Part shown: positions 52,061 to 64,000 of the stretch, piece by piece | Numbering within the stretch: the first letter of the stretch is position 1 | Layout: every line of letters begins with the position of its first letter | Source of the DNA: Squalus acanthias | Lineage: Eukaryota | Assembly (NCBI GenBank): GCA_030390025.1 | Contig: CM059433.1 | Location: 26,166,001-26,230,000, forward strand | Length of the DNA stretch: 64,000 nucleotides | Direction: 5' to 3' | The notes under the pieces: model-generated | Seen by the model: only the letters and a program-made list of their open reading frames with translations | Told to the model about the DNA's origin: nothing | Databases searched by the model: none | Position numbers and translations under genes: made by a program

Positions 52061-55035
52061 ATCCTGCAGCATAGTGCTATACTGTAGGGCTCCACCAGAT
52101 TTATCCAGGCACCTAAAGAGAGACTTCAGAATGCCTATAGTCTGCTCTCATTATATCTGTTGACCTCCTCCTTCCATGAAAGGCTTAGTGGAGTCATGAC
52201 TGCAGGGGATAGCCCTGATCGCCAATCAACCATCCTGATACTTGGCTCCAAGTCATGAAGGCTGGTATGGTGAATTGTACCATGATTAAAATCATGCTAT
52301 CTGGGTATCTGGCATTCACACGCAGGGTAAGGTAATTGGCATTGCAGGCCAGTTGATCATTAATCAAATCATAGAATTACAGAATCATATAAGCATATAG
52401 CACAGAAGGAGGCCATTTGGTTGATTGTGCCTGTGCTGGCTCTGAAAGAGCTATCAATTAGTCCCACTCCCCTGCTCTTTCCCCATAACCCTTCCTTTTA
52501 ATCTTTTTTTAAGTTAAATCCAATTTCCTTTTGAAAGTTACTATTGAATCTGCTTCCACCACTTTCAGGCAGTGCATTCCAGATCATCATATCTCGCTGA
52601 GTAAAAAAATATTCTCCTCATCTCCCCTCTGGCTTTTTTGCTAATTATCTTAAACCTGTGCCCTCTGGTTACTGACCCTCCTGCCAGTGGAAACAGTTTC
52701 TCCCTATCTACTTTATCAAAACCCCTCATAATTTGAACAACTCTATTATAAATTTCCCCTTTTCCTTCTTTGCTCTAAGGAGAACAATCTCAGCTTCTCT
52801 AATCTCTCCACACAACTGAATTCCCTCATCCCTGGTTCCATTCTAGTGAATCTCCTCTGCACCCTCTCAAAGGCCTTGACATCCTTCCTAAAGGGTGGTG
52901 CCCAGAATTGGACACAATACTCTCGAGCTAAGATCCAACCAGTATTTAAGAAAGATTTACCACAATTTCCTTGTTTTTGTAGTTGCCTCTATTTATAAAG
53001 CCAAGGACTCCATATGCTTTTTTAACAGCTCCATCAACTTGTCCCGCCACTTTCAAAGATTTGTGTATCTACACCCCAAGTCTCTCCGTTCCTGCCCCCC
53101 CTTTAAAATTGTACGATTTAGTTACTATTGCCTCTCCTCAATCTTTCCAAAATGTATCTCTTCACACTTCTCTGCATTAAATTTCATCTGCCATGTGTCT
53201 GCCCATTTCACCAGTCTGTCTATGTCCTCCTGAATCCTGTTACTATCCTCCTCACTGTTTACTACATTTCCAAGCTTTGTGTCAACTGCAAACTTTAAAA
53301 TTATGTCCCCTTATTCCCAAGTCTAGGTCATTAATATATATCAAAAAGAGTAGTGGTCTGAATACCAATCCCTGGGGGACACCACTGCACACTTCCCTCC
53401 AGTCTGAAATCAACCGTTCACCACTACTCTCTGCTTTCTGTCCCTTAGCCAAATTCATATCCAGGCTGCCACTGTTCCTTTAATCCCATGGGCTTCATTT
53501 TTGCTAACAAGTCCATTATGTGGTACTTGATCAAACGCCTTTTCAAAGTCCATAAACACATCAACCGCACTACCCTCATCAACCCTCTCCGTTATTTCAT
53601 TTAAGATCTCAACAAGTCTGTCAGACACAATTTGCCTTTAACAAATCCATATTGGCTTACATTTATTAACGCATGTTTTTCCAATTGACAATTCATTTTG
53701 TCCTGGTTTATGGTCTCTAGAAGTTTCCCCACCACTGGTGTTAGGCTAACTGGCCTTAGTTACCTGGTTTATCTCTTCTGTTTTTTGAACAAGGGTGTAA
53801 CATTTGAAATCCTTCAGTCCTCTGGCACCCCTCCTATATCCAAGTAGGATTGAAAGATTGTGGCCAAAGCCTCCGCTGTTTTCATAAGAACAGAAGAAAT
53901 AGGAGCTGGAGTAGGTCATTTGGCCCTTCCATCCTGCTCCGCCATTCTACAAGATCATGGATGATCTTCTACCTCAACGCCACCTTCCTGCACTATCCCC
54001 ATGTCCCTTAATTCCCTTCGTTCCCAAAAATGTATCGATCTCTGTCTTGAATATACTCAATGGCTGAGCATCCACAGCTCTCTGGGGTAGAGAATTTCAC
54101 TCTTACTTCCCTCAGCAACCGAGGATGCATCCTATCTGGACTGGGTGACTTTTCTGCTTTGAGCACTGCCAACCGTTTAAGTAACTCTGCTTTCTCTATT
54201 TTTATCCTATCTAATTTCCTTACTCGCTCCTCCTTTACTGTGACATTGTCAGCATCCTCTTTAGTGTAGACAGAGGCAAAGTATTAATTTAACACCTCCT
54301 GCCATGCCCTCTGCCTCCACAAGAAGATTTATTTTTGATCCCTAATCGACCCATCCTTCCCTTGACTATCCTTTTACTCTTTATATGTTTATAAAGCACT
54401 ACAGTATTCTGTATTATGCTTGATTCTCTACTGTATTATCAACCTGACATTTAGCATAAGCTGATGAAAGGTCATCGATCTGAAATGTTAACTCTGTTTC
54501 TCTCTCCATAGATGCTGTCTGACCTGCTGAGTATTTCCAGTATTTTCTGTTTTTATTTCACATAAGCTTCCTTTTTCTGTTTCATTTTAATCCAAATCAT
54601 CCAGGAATTCTAGTTTTGGATGCCCTTTCTTTCCCCCTCATAGGAATGCGTCTAGTCTGTACCCGAACTATCTGTTCTTTGAAGGCCTCCGCTCATTTAC
54701 TGCTTTACCTGGTAATCTTTGTTTCCATTCCACCTGTGCTAGATCCCTTTTCAACTCACTTAAACTAACCTTCTTTCAGTTGAGTATCTTCACATTTGCT
54801 TTTCCTTGTCCTTTTCCATAACTACTCTAAACCTAATGATATTGTGATCATTATTTCCCAAATGCTCTCCCACTAAAACATGCTCCACTTACCCCACTTC
54901 ATTCCTCAGAACTAGTTCCCGCAGAGCTTCCTTCCTCGTTGGGCTGGAAATGTACAGAACAAGAAAGTTCTCCTGTATATATTTCAGGGATTCCTCCCCC
55001 TCCTTGCCCTTTAACTGTTTTTTCCCCCAGTCTAT

Positions 55036-56117
55036 GGCCCGTAATTTCCGATAGGAGGCTTCCTGCGTGCGGATGCCTCCTATCGGAAAAAAATCTATGC
55101 ACTTACCTGAGGGCTCCCGAGGTCCGGACACTTCCGCTCCTGGGCTTCTCCACAGTCGAAATGCGCAGGGCCCACGTATCCCGGGGCGCATGCGGTTCGC
55201 AAGCGTCCCTGGGATCACGTGGGCCAGGCGAGCCAATGAAAGAAGGGAATAGGCCTGTCAAAAGTATGAATGGAGATCACACCAAAAAGACACTAAAATA
55301 AAAATAAATTTTTAAAAAACCATCACGTTTTTAAAATGAGCTAAAATTACATTAAATTAAATATTTTAAACAAAAATGTAATAAAAAAAATATAATTAAA
55401 GTTTTTTATGGGGCTAAAAATAAACTTAGCTTTTTTAAAAGTACAGGAAACTTTCGTTTATCCGGCATCGACGGGACCGGCGTGGTGCCGGTTTATCGAA
55501 AGTACCGGATAACAGAGAATTATATCTACCGAGGCTATTTTTAACAAAGAGACTCCGAGCAGCACGGGAGAATCTACTCATGCTACTGCAATGTTTCGGA
55601 CTTGCGACAGCGCCAGGAGGCCGAGTAGTGGCACTTTTGAAAAGTACCCCTACTGACTAAATCGGCGTTCGCGGACTCGGACTCGGACTCGGGATCGGCA
55701 ACATTGCCGGTTATTTGAGAGGATTTTTCGGAGCACTCGGCGTTCGCGGAGACTCGACTGCGACTCGGCAACATTGCCGGTTATTTGAGAGGAGTTTTCG
55801 GAGGATGATTTTTGCCGGTTAAGCGAGAATTCCGGATATTTGGGTGCCGGATAAACGAAAGTTTCCTGTATTTTTAAATTATAAATGAGTGAAAAAATTT
55901 TTTTTTTACATTTTTTTTAAACTCTTATGCTGGTCAAAGCAGACCTTACGCCTGCTTTTACCAGGCGTAAAATTTCAAAGTGTTTTCTGCGGGTGGAGGT
56001 TCTGCAGAGAGCAGAAATCTCCACCCGCAGACGCCCTTCTCCAGGGCAGGCCTGAAACCGGCATTTCCGATGTCCCTACAGCTCGTACACACCCACAGGC
56101 ATCGGAAAATACGGGCC
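55036..56117. mobile_element. Harbinger-type MITE (hosts a Tc1/mariner MITE)
   Basis: TIRs GGCCCGTAATTTCCGAT / ATCGGAAAATACGGGCC, TSD TAT. Confidence 0.88.
55444..55868. mobile_element. Tc1/mariner (pogo-like) MITE, 425 bp
   Basis: Perfect 24-bp TIR CAGGAAACTTTCGTTTATCCGGCA, TA TSD, CpG-rich, internal direct repeat cggcaacattgccggttatttgagagga. Confidence 0.92.
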
Positions 56118-58140
56118 TATATAAGATAATTGAAGACCCCCATTATCACTACTCTATTGTTTGTACATCTTTCTGAATTTTGCTTGCAGATTTGCTTCTC
56201 CATCTCCTTCCCATAATTTGGTGGTCTATAGTATACTGCTCCTGTTCTGTTCCTTAACACTAACCAAATCGATTCTGTCTTAGAGCCCTCAAGCACATCA
56301 TCCCTTTCTAGGGCTGTAACAGTATCTTTGATCAATACTACCACCTCCCCCCACCCTCCTTTTTTTCCTTCCCTATTTCTGCTGAATACATTGTAGCCAG
56401 GAATGTTAAGATCCCATTCCTGCCCTTGTTTGAGCTAGGTTTCCGTTATTGCCACTAGATCATAACACTATATGGCAACTTGTGCCTGCAGCTTGCCAAC
56501 CTTACTTGTATTTACACATATGCACTCCAAACCCACCTAAGTCTGCTTTGCTTTGCTCCCCTGTCTGATCCTCCAATTTCTGGGCTGCTCCTTATTCTAA
56601 TGTTGTTTGTATCTCCCAGTCCTCTATGCACTTTGTTTCTCCTCTCTGGTGCTTCATCCTGGTTCCCCTCCCGCTACCAAATTAGTTTAAACCCTCCCCC
56701 ATAGCACTAGTTAACCTCACCGTGAGGACATTGGTCCCAGCCCTGTTCAGGTACAACCCTTGTACAGGTCCCTTCTGCCCCAGAACGGTTCCAATGACTT
56801 CAGGATCTGAAGCCCTCCCTCCTGCACCATTTCCCCAGCCACGCGTTAACCTGTTTTATCTTGCTGTTCCTATACTCACTAGCATATGGCACTGGGAGAA
56901 ATCCAGAGATTACTTTGATGTACTGATCTTTAGTTTCCTGAAACTCTGTCTGTAGCACCACGACCCATTATTTCCCTATGTCATTGGTTCCAACATCCCA
57001 CGACTTCTGGCTGTTCCCCTTCCCCCCGCAGAATGTTCTGCAAAGCAATACTTTGAGCTAAAGTCCTTAAAGAACCTCCAAATACTAAAGAAATCGATAT
57101 ACAGGCAAAGTAACACCGACCTTCAATAGCAGCACACAAAATGGCTTTCTCAAAGTGGTATCCACCTCAGGGATACCTTCTTGCCGCTCCTACAGCCATT
57201 TATATAGTAGCAGTAATTATTTGTGGTGGGTTTGTGGCGGAAGTCGAGGGAAATGGTTTGGAGGGGTTAACCATGCCACTTTGACTCCATTCCCGTGCAG
57301 TGGATCGGGTTCCTGGCTGGCCTTCAAGGGGAATCGTTTTTTTTTCGGGAGGATAATTCTGGTGCACATTTTTTTTACCGGCGGTTTTGTGGCAGTGATC
57401 TTTAAGAAACCATTTTACATACCAAGTTGGGTGGTAATTCGGAGCAGAATCTAGCCCCTGATTTTTTGGGGCCCAAAGAATTTGAATTCTTTTGACGGAT
57501 GTTTCAGTTTCTGCTTTTTTATTGTTAGACTTTTTTCACTGCAACATGGGGTGTGGAGTCCTGGAGTTTGGTAGTACTGGGGGAGTGGTACTGCTGGGCT
57601 TTTTGTAGCAGTGGTGGGGATATTCCTGAGTTTTCATAGAAGTGGGGAGGATGATTGTGGGGATTGGTAGAGAGGGTGGGGGGTGGGTGTGGATAGGGAA
57701 TGTGGAGTTTGGCAGTAATGGGGGGAGCGAAGTATTAATTTTGGCAGCGCAGGGAAGGAGGAAACTGTGGAGTTTGACAGCATAGAGATCTGGCAAAAGA
57801 ATGTGGTGTTTCATAGCACAAGGAGAATGTAGAGTTTGGCAGCATGGGGAGGAATTGGGATCTTGTAGTACGGGGTGGGGAATATGGGGCTTGGCAGTAA
57901 TGGGGCAAATGTGGGTTTGGAGAATTATTCAGTGGGACAGGATGGGAAAATGTCAGGTTTGGGAACACAAGGAATGAAATATAGGGTCTGGCAGCCTGAT
58001 GGACAGCATAGGGCAGTGAGGGAGTACCAATAGCACTGGCTAACAGTAACTGATTACACACCCACACTACACAAATTGACAAAAGACATAAATAACTCTG
58101 CTCGTCAGATGCTCCAGGTGTTCAAGGCCTGAAGCGATCA

Positions 58141-58558
58141 TATGTTACCCCCCCAGAATAACATATTACCCAGCCAGAGTAACATGTTACCCACCCAGAG
58201 TAATATGTTCCCCACCCAGAGTAACATGTTACCCACCCAGAGTAATATGTTCCCCACCCAGAGTAATATGTTCCCCACCCAGAGTAATATGTTCCCCACC
58301 CAGAGTAATATGTTCCCCACCCAGAGTAACATGTTACCCACCCAGAGTAATATGTTCCCCACCCAGAGTAATATGTTCCCCACCCAGAGTAACATGTTAC
58401 CCACCCAGAGTAACATGTTACCCACCCAGAGTAATATGTTCCCCACCCAGAATAACATGTTACCCACACAGGGTAACATGTTCCCCAGCCAGAGTAACAT
58501 GTTACCCACCCAGAGTAACATGTTACCCACCCAGAGTAACATGTTACCCACCCAGAGA
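58141..58558. repeat. 21-bp minisatellite (~20 copies)
   Basis: Unit cccacccagagtaa(c/t)atgtt(a/c). Confidence 0.95.
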
Positions 58559-59045
58559 TATCTCACTGCCTGTGTTGTACCCCTGTAATATTTTGCTCAC
58601 TACGTATTGTAACTTCAACTTCAGAAAAACAGTCCTGTATGTCAGTGTGCCATTTTCTGCATTCTCATTTTTGAGGCTTTCCAGAGCTGGGTCTGATTAA
58701 CTGAAATGCTTAATTCATGGTACTTATTGCTAGAGGGTATGGGTTTCTGGAAAACTCATTTTCACTATCATTATATCCCGATGCTTCATATCAGGAGCAC
58801 ACATGTAGCAAAAAACTTTACAATTGAAAGCAGCTTCTTGCCACGATGGTTTCTTTCTCAAGAGCATATTTCAGGCATGACTGCCAGTGGATGGCAGATG
58901 GGAAGTCACTGGAAGTTCTCCAGACCTCTCACTTGCTTTTACACATCACAGTACATCACATATTCAAAGATGCAGCAGTCCTCCCAAACAAGAATGAGCT
59001 GGTCTTCCCTAGTTATTACTAATATATATTTGTGCTGAACACTGT

Positions 59046-59865
59046 GGCCTAGAAATTGGAGGTGTCAGCGCTGGCTGTTAAGGCCAGGTTAGGTGACAAA
59101 AATGGCAGCTGCCTCACTTTCACCCGCTTCCAGCGGGTCCCGCAACAACCGCCATTTTCAGCTGGGCGGCAGCACTGCCGATGTCTGCGCTCGCTGGGGA
59201 TATGTAGATTATGCAGATTGTGACATCAGTAAGTGTGCAACGGTCACCTGATGTCCGATCTGCCAATTTTGCGTTCATTGCTTCACTTACCAGCCTGTGT
59301 TAATGATGACCAGCTGACCAAGCGATAGTTAAAGGGATCGTCAGCAACAACTCCCAGCTGACATGCTTTTTCAGTTTGACTGGCTCTGTGGAGCTTTCTG
59401 CAACTCTTGCAGCTTTCTAAACTTGTTTCAAGTTCCTAGGGTGACAGGGAGTGTTGGTGCAAGTGGAGAACACCGTCATTCTTATTTAAAGGCTTCTGCT
59501 CACACCATTTGCTCACAGTCATGGGGACGCTACTTGCAGTCCTCCTCGCGCTCGAGTATCTTCGGGAGAGGGAGCGGAGGCAGCGAAGAAGAGAAGATGC
59601 ACGTAGAGGGAGGAGGAGGAGGGCCAGGAGGGCTCTCAACAGGAGGCCTTACCCACCTAGGGTCTTCCAAGAGCATTTCTCCTACCGCCACTTAAGCGAG
59701 GAGCAGTGTATTAGGAGGCTCCGTTTCACAAAGGAGGTGGTCATAGAACTCTGCCACCTCCTGCAACCTCAGAGCAGGGCGACCACAGCTCTCCCAGTAG
59801 CCCTGAAGGTCACCGTGGCCCTCAATTTCTTCGCCAGAGGATCGTACCAGTCTGCAGCAGGAGAC
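59046..59865 (+). mobile_element. 5' part of a Harbinger element with transposase N-terminus (ATG 59521)
   Basis: Terminus GGCCTAGAAATTGG; RRPYPPRVF..LSEEQCIRRLRFTKEVV.ELCHLL..LPVALKVTVALNFFARGSYQ. Confidence 0.82.
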
Positions 59866-60621
59866 AAGGCAAGGGAATACACAATGAATGGTAGGACCCT
59901 AGGAAGGACAGAGGATCAGAGGGACCTTGATGTGCATGTACATAGATCCCTGAAGGCAGCAGGACAGGTAGATAAGGTGGTTAAAAAGGCATATGGGATA
60001 CTTGCCTTCATTAGCCGAGGCATAGAATATAAGAGCAGGGAGGTTATGATGGAGCTGTACAAAATGCTAGTTAAGCCACAGCTGGAATACTGTGTGCAGT
60101 TCTGGTTGCCACACTATAGGAAGGATGTGATTGCATTGGAGAGGGTGCAGAGGAGATTCACCAGGATGTTACCTGGGCTGGAGCGTTTCAGCTATGAAGA
60201 GAGACTGGACAGGCTGGGGTTGTTTTCCTTAGAACAGAGAAGGCTGAGGGGGGACCTGACTGAGGTGTACAAAATTATGAGAGGCATAGATAGGGTAGAT
60301 AGAAAGGAACTTTTCCCCTTAGTAGAGGGGTCAATAACCAGGGGGCATAGTTTCAAGGTAAGGGGCAGGAGGTTTAGAGGGGATTTGAGGAAAAACTTTT
60401 TCACCCAGAGGGTGGTTGGAATCTGGAACTCACTGCCTGAAAGGGTGGTAGAGGCAGGAACCCTCACAACATTCAAGAAGCATTTAGATGAGCACTTGAA
60501 ATGCCATATCATACAAGGCTACGGACCAAGTGCTGAAAAATGGGATTAGAATAGATAGGGCTTGATGGCCGGCGCAGACACAATGGGCCGAAGGGCCTTT
60601 TTCTGTGCTGTATAACTCTAT
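59866..60621 (+). mobile_element. 5'-truncated CR1 (RT C-terminus and 3' UTR)
   Basis: YTMNGRTL..KPQLEYCVQFW..QGYGPSAEKWD*, tail tataactctat. Confidence 0.9.
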
Positions 60622-60978
60622 GGGGTAGAAATTAGGTCGCGCCCCATTTGGGGCGCAAATATCGTCCGCGCGCAAATATTAGCGCCTGGCGCTAATTATC
60701 GGCACTGACAGGAAACTTCACTTTTACCGCCCCGGGAGGTGAGTGGAGCGCTAAATTAGGCGCTGCACACCTCTCTTAAGGCGCAAAGGCCTAGGAGTGA
60801 GGCGCTAACTCAGCGCACGAGCGCAGCGCAGCTGCTGCCAGTTAGCGCGGGAACACAGACACACTGACGCCGGACACTTCTTAAAGCGGGGGGGGCCACT
60901 TGCTCCCCAGCCACACCCTGCTCATTGCAGCCTTGAATCTCAGCCTGGAGAGACCTGTAATCCATTTTGCTGCCAAGA

Positions 60979-62963
60979 ATGGAGAGGGTGAGAGAACGCG
61001 CTCATCGCTTCACCGAGCGGGCCTTGGATGCTCTGGTTGGCGCAGTGGAGCGCAGACGATGCATGCTGTTCCCAGAGAGTGGCAGGAGGCCTTTGCCACG
61101 CGAGTTCAGAAGAGTGTGGAGGGAGGTGGCTCAGAGCGTCTCCTCCAGGAGCATGGTGCCCAGGACCCATGTCCAGTGCCGCAAGAAGTTCAACGACCTC
61201 ACTCGGGTCGTCAGGGTGAGTGGCTTTTTCTCAATACCTCTCCATCCCTCCATCTCAACCTCACTCTATGGCCAGAGGGTCTTAAAACCCCAATGCACAA
61301 CACTCATCCAACACCTATGGCCCTTTCATCAAACACACACACACATTCCACACTTTGCATACAGTAAGGGCTATTCACCTATGGGAGGCACATCAGGCAA
61401 GACCATGGCTGCATATTGTAAGGGCTATTCACCTATGGGAGGCACATCAGGCAAGACCATGGCTGCATATTGTAAGGGCTATTCACCTATGGGAGGCACA
61501 TCAGGCAAGACCATGGCTGCATATTGTAAGGGCTATTCACCTATGGGAGGCACATCAGGCAAGACCATGGCTGCATATTGTAAGGGCTATTCACCTATGG
61601 GAGGCACATCAGGCAAGACCATGGCTGTATATTGACTCAGATGCTGTCCTTTTTCTTGCAGGCTAAGCTGGCTCATAATCGGAGACAGCAGCAACGGACG
61701 GGTGGAGGGCGGCTTCAGCTGCAACCCCTCAGCGATCTGGAGGAGCGCGTCCACAGGATTGTGGCAAGCCGGGTGATCGGTCCCGTCGCCACTGGAGACG
61801 CCGACCCCGTTGTGGACAGCAATGGTAAGGTCATCACCTTTTTGTCCTCTGTCCTTCCACTTGTCCCTCACAATACCAGCCTTTGACACTTTCAATCCAA
61901 CTTGCTAACTCGCTGCACTTATTCCTCCCTTACTGCCACCCTGTCCTCACGCTAAAGCCACTCTTGTACCTCCCTGCTTTCAGATGGTGATTCACCAGCT
62001 GAGGAGATGGTCCCTGAAGCTGCCACTGGGAGTGATGCTGCAGCTGAGGAGGAAGAGGAAGCCGGAGCATCAGTGCCACCCTCTCCCGAGGAAGCCCATG
62101 GCCACACTGGGAACACGCCTTCCCCGGAGGGGAGCAGGGGGGAAGGGGCTGATGATGGTGAAGTTCCAGGACCCAGCGGGCTGCAGCAACGCCATGGGGG
62201 GGGGAGGGAAGAACAGGAGCCTTCTCCCCAGAGGGAGAGTATGCCAGACACTCCTAATGCAATGGACGCAGAGGAGGAGCGGATGATTGCAGAAATGAAC
62301 AGCCAGGCGGTGGTCATGCACACTGAGCTCATGGGTGCAGTGGGAAGGGTGCCCGAATGCATTGAGGCACTGGCAAGGAGTGTGGAGCACTTCGCTGTAG
62401 CACAGGCGGATGCCACACTAAAGCTTACTGCTGCAATTCAGTCACTGGCTGCCAGGAACCCATCTGAGCCTGCTCTCATGCAGACTCAGATTGAGGCCAC
62501 GCGAGCACTGACTGCTGCCATCCTCGATGGTTCGTGCACATGTCCCCGGGGCTGTCACCGCGCCGCAGCAGGCCAGCAATCTGTTCTCAGGCAAATTGCT
62601 CCGGATGCTGAAGTGCTGCCCCGTGGGAGTGCCAGTGTGTCGGGCGAGCAGGGAGTTGCTGTCCTCTCTCACGATGACAGCATTCCTGCTGCCAACACTG
62701 TCACTTCTCCACTGCACTTGCCACCGCCTGTAGGACAGACTGCTGCCGCCCATGCAGAGTTGGTGCAGTCTGCAGCCGGGCCCTCCAGGCCCAGAAGTGG
62801 TCGAGGCCGGCCTTCAGGGGCATCTGCAGTGTCAGGGTCTGACAAGCAGCAGCCTTCCACCAGCCTTGCTGCAGCCACTGAGGTCCCATTACGGAGGAGC
62901 AGTAGGGTTAGAAGGGGGGAAGTGCGCAAGGGAAGGAGATCACCCTCGAAGGGCAAAAAGTAG
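60979..62963 (+). CDS. Harbinger Myb/SANT-like DNA-binding protein; exons 60979-61215, 61662-61824, 61984-62963 (459 aa)
   Basis: RFTERALDALV..WREVAQSVSSRSMVPRTHVQCRKKFNDL. Donors GTGAGT and GTAAGG, pyrimidine-rich CAG acceptors, phases 0 and 1 give one uninterrupted frame (1380 nt). Basic C-terminus; AATAAA at 63141. Confidence 0.88.
61363..61633. repeat. 54-bp minisatellite (5 copies) in intron 1 of the Myb-like gene
   Basis: Unit gtaagggctattcacctatgggaggcacatcaggcaagaccatggctgcatatt. Confidence 0.95.
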
Positions 62964-63257
62964 GATGTGTGCCAAAATGCTGGTCATTTTTTTATTAAAG
63001 GCCGAGGTTCATGGCCCAACTTTTGTTTAGTGTTTTGGACATTATCTCCAGGTTGTGAGAACCAGTTATGTTATTGACTGTTTTTTGGTGTTTATTTCTA
63101 TGAGTTTCTCATGAGGAATTGACACACACAGAGTTTGTACAATAAATAAGTTTCTGTATTCAAAATATACATGGCTGGTGGTTGGAATTATTGGTGCCTT
63201 GGCCGGCTTAGGGGTTGCGTGCTGGGTTGATTCGTGTTTGTAGCACTGGCAGGGGTC

Positions 63258-64000
63258 CTAGAAGCGGCTTGCTATTAGTCGTTGACGGACGGCCCTTGCA
63301 GTTTGACCATTGTGGGCCGCCCTCCTGCCTTGGTGCTGCTGCTGATCATCGTCCTCGGCCTGTTCCTCCTCTTCCTCCTCCTCCTCTTGTGGTGCTGCAA
63401 GGCCTGGTGGCATTGGCTGCGTCCTGAGGATTGCCATGTTGTGCAACATGCAGCACACCACTACGAATTTGGAAACTTGCTCAGGCGAGTACTGCAGGGC
63501 TCCTCCGGAATGGTCCAGACAGCGGAATCGTTGTTTGAGCACGCCGATTGTGCGCTCAATAATGTTCCTCGTTGCTTGTTGGCTTTCCTGGTACCGCAGC
63601 TCAGCAGGGGTGTTTGGCGCACGGAGCGGTGTCATCAGCCAGGTGCTCAATGCGTACCCCTTGTCCCCCAGAAGCCAACCAACTGGCTGATGCGGTGCCT
63701 CGAAAATTTCTGCCACAGTACTCTGGCGCAGGATGAAAGCATCGTGGCAGCTGCCCGGATAGTGGGCATTGACAGCGAGAATCACCTGTCTGTGGTCACA
63801 GACCAACTGCACATTCAAGGAATGGAACCCCTTTCTGTTCCGGAACTCCTCTGCATTCTCTCGCGGAGCACGCAAAGCCACATGCGTGCAGTCAATGGCG
63901 CCCTGCACCATGGGGAAGCCCGCTACCCTCGCAAAGCCCATAGCACGGTCATGCTGCTTGTCTGGGGTCATAGGGAAGGAGATGAAGTCTCGTCTCCTTG
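63258..64000 (-). CDS. Harbinger (HARBI1-like) DDE transposase, C-terminal part; 5' end outside window
   Basis: GAIDCTHV, NRKGFHSLNVQLVCD, PGSCHDAFIL, LLGDKGY, IERTIGVLKQRFRCL, CCMLHN; open to the window edge. Confidence 0.93.
   Translation of the reverse strand, partial: RRRDFISFPMTPDKQHDRAMGFARVAGFPMVQGAIDCTHVALRAPRENAEEFRNRKGFHSLNVQLVCDHRQVILAVNAHYPGSCHDAFILRQSTVAEIFEAPHQPVGWLLGDKGYALSTWLMTPLRAPNTPAELRYQESQQATRNIIERTIGVLKQRFRCLDHSGGALQYSPEQVSKFVVVCCMLHNMAILRTQPMPPGLAAPQEEEEEEEEQAEDDDQQQHQGRRAAHNGQTARAVRQRLIASRF

Larger units (their letters stand above)
52368..57040 (-). mobile_element. Long decayed CR1 LINE with nested elements
   Basis: 3' tail at 52368, RT region 52800-53800, endonuclease region 54600-56500 (YYRPPN..VIMGVFNY). 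Confidence 0.85.
60622..64000. mobile_element. Autonomous-type PIF/Harbinger transposon (continues past the window end)
   Basis: Terminus GGGGTAGAAATTAGG preceded by TAT, CpG-rich subterminal region with repeated (TTA)GCGC motifs, Myb/SANT gene (+) convergent with DDE transposase (-). Confidence 0.9.

Noticed and set aside
58122..58588. Repetitive ORFs on both strands
   Set aside because: They are translations of the 21-bp minisatellite.

Overview
Vertebrate genomic DNA dense in transposable elements, most likely from a shark or other cartilaginous fish (HE1-like and SacSINE1-like SINEs, abundant CR1 LINEs, Penelope-type hairpins). The only host gene I can see is the last two coding exons of an HMG-CoA lyase family gene on the minus strand (38707-38832 and 26329-26430), probably HMGCLL1. 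The main feature is an endogenous foamy-virus-like provirus (655-7763, minus). It has both LTRs, a 4-bp TSD, a tRNA-Lys PBS, a PPT, a Gag without a zinc knuckle, and PR/RNase H/IN closely resembling foamy Pol. Gag and pol share one reading frame, the RT polymerase domain and part of RNase H are removed by in-frame deletions, env is missing, and a Harbinger MITE splits the integrase. Also present are a young CpG-rich Gypsy element (14016-18330), a pogo/Tigger fossil holding at least five nested inserts, and an apparently intact PIF/Harbinger transposon (60622 to beyond the window end) with a clean 3-exon Myb/SANT gene convergent with its transposase. Several Harbinger MITEs with 3-bp TSDs, solo LTRs, L2/CR1 fragments and minisatellites complete the window. 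All family assignments come from motif recognition by eye; no database searches were run.
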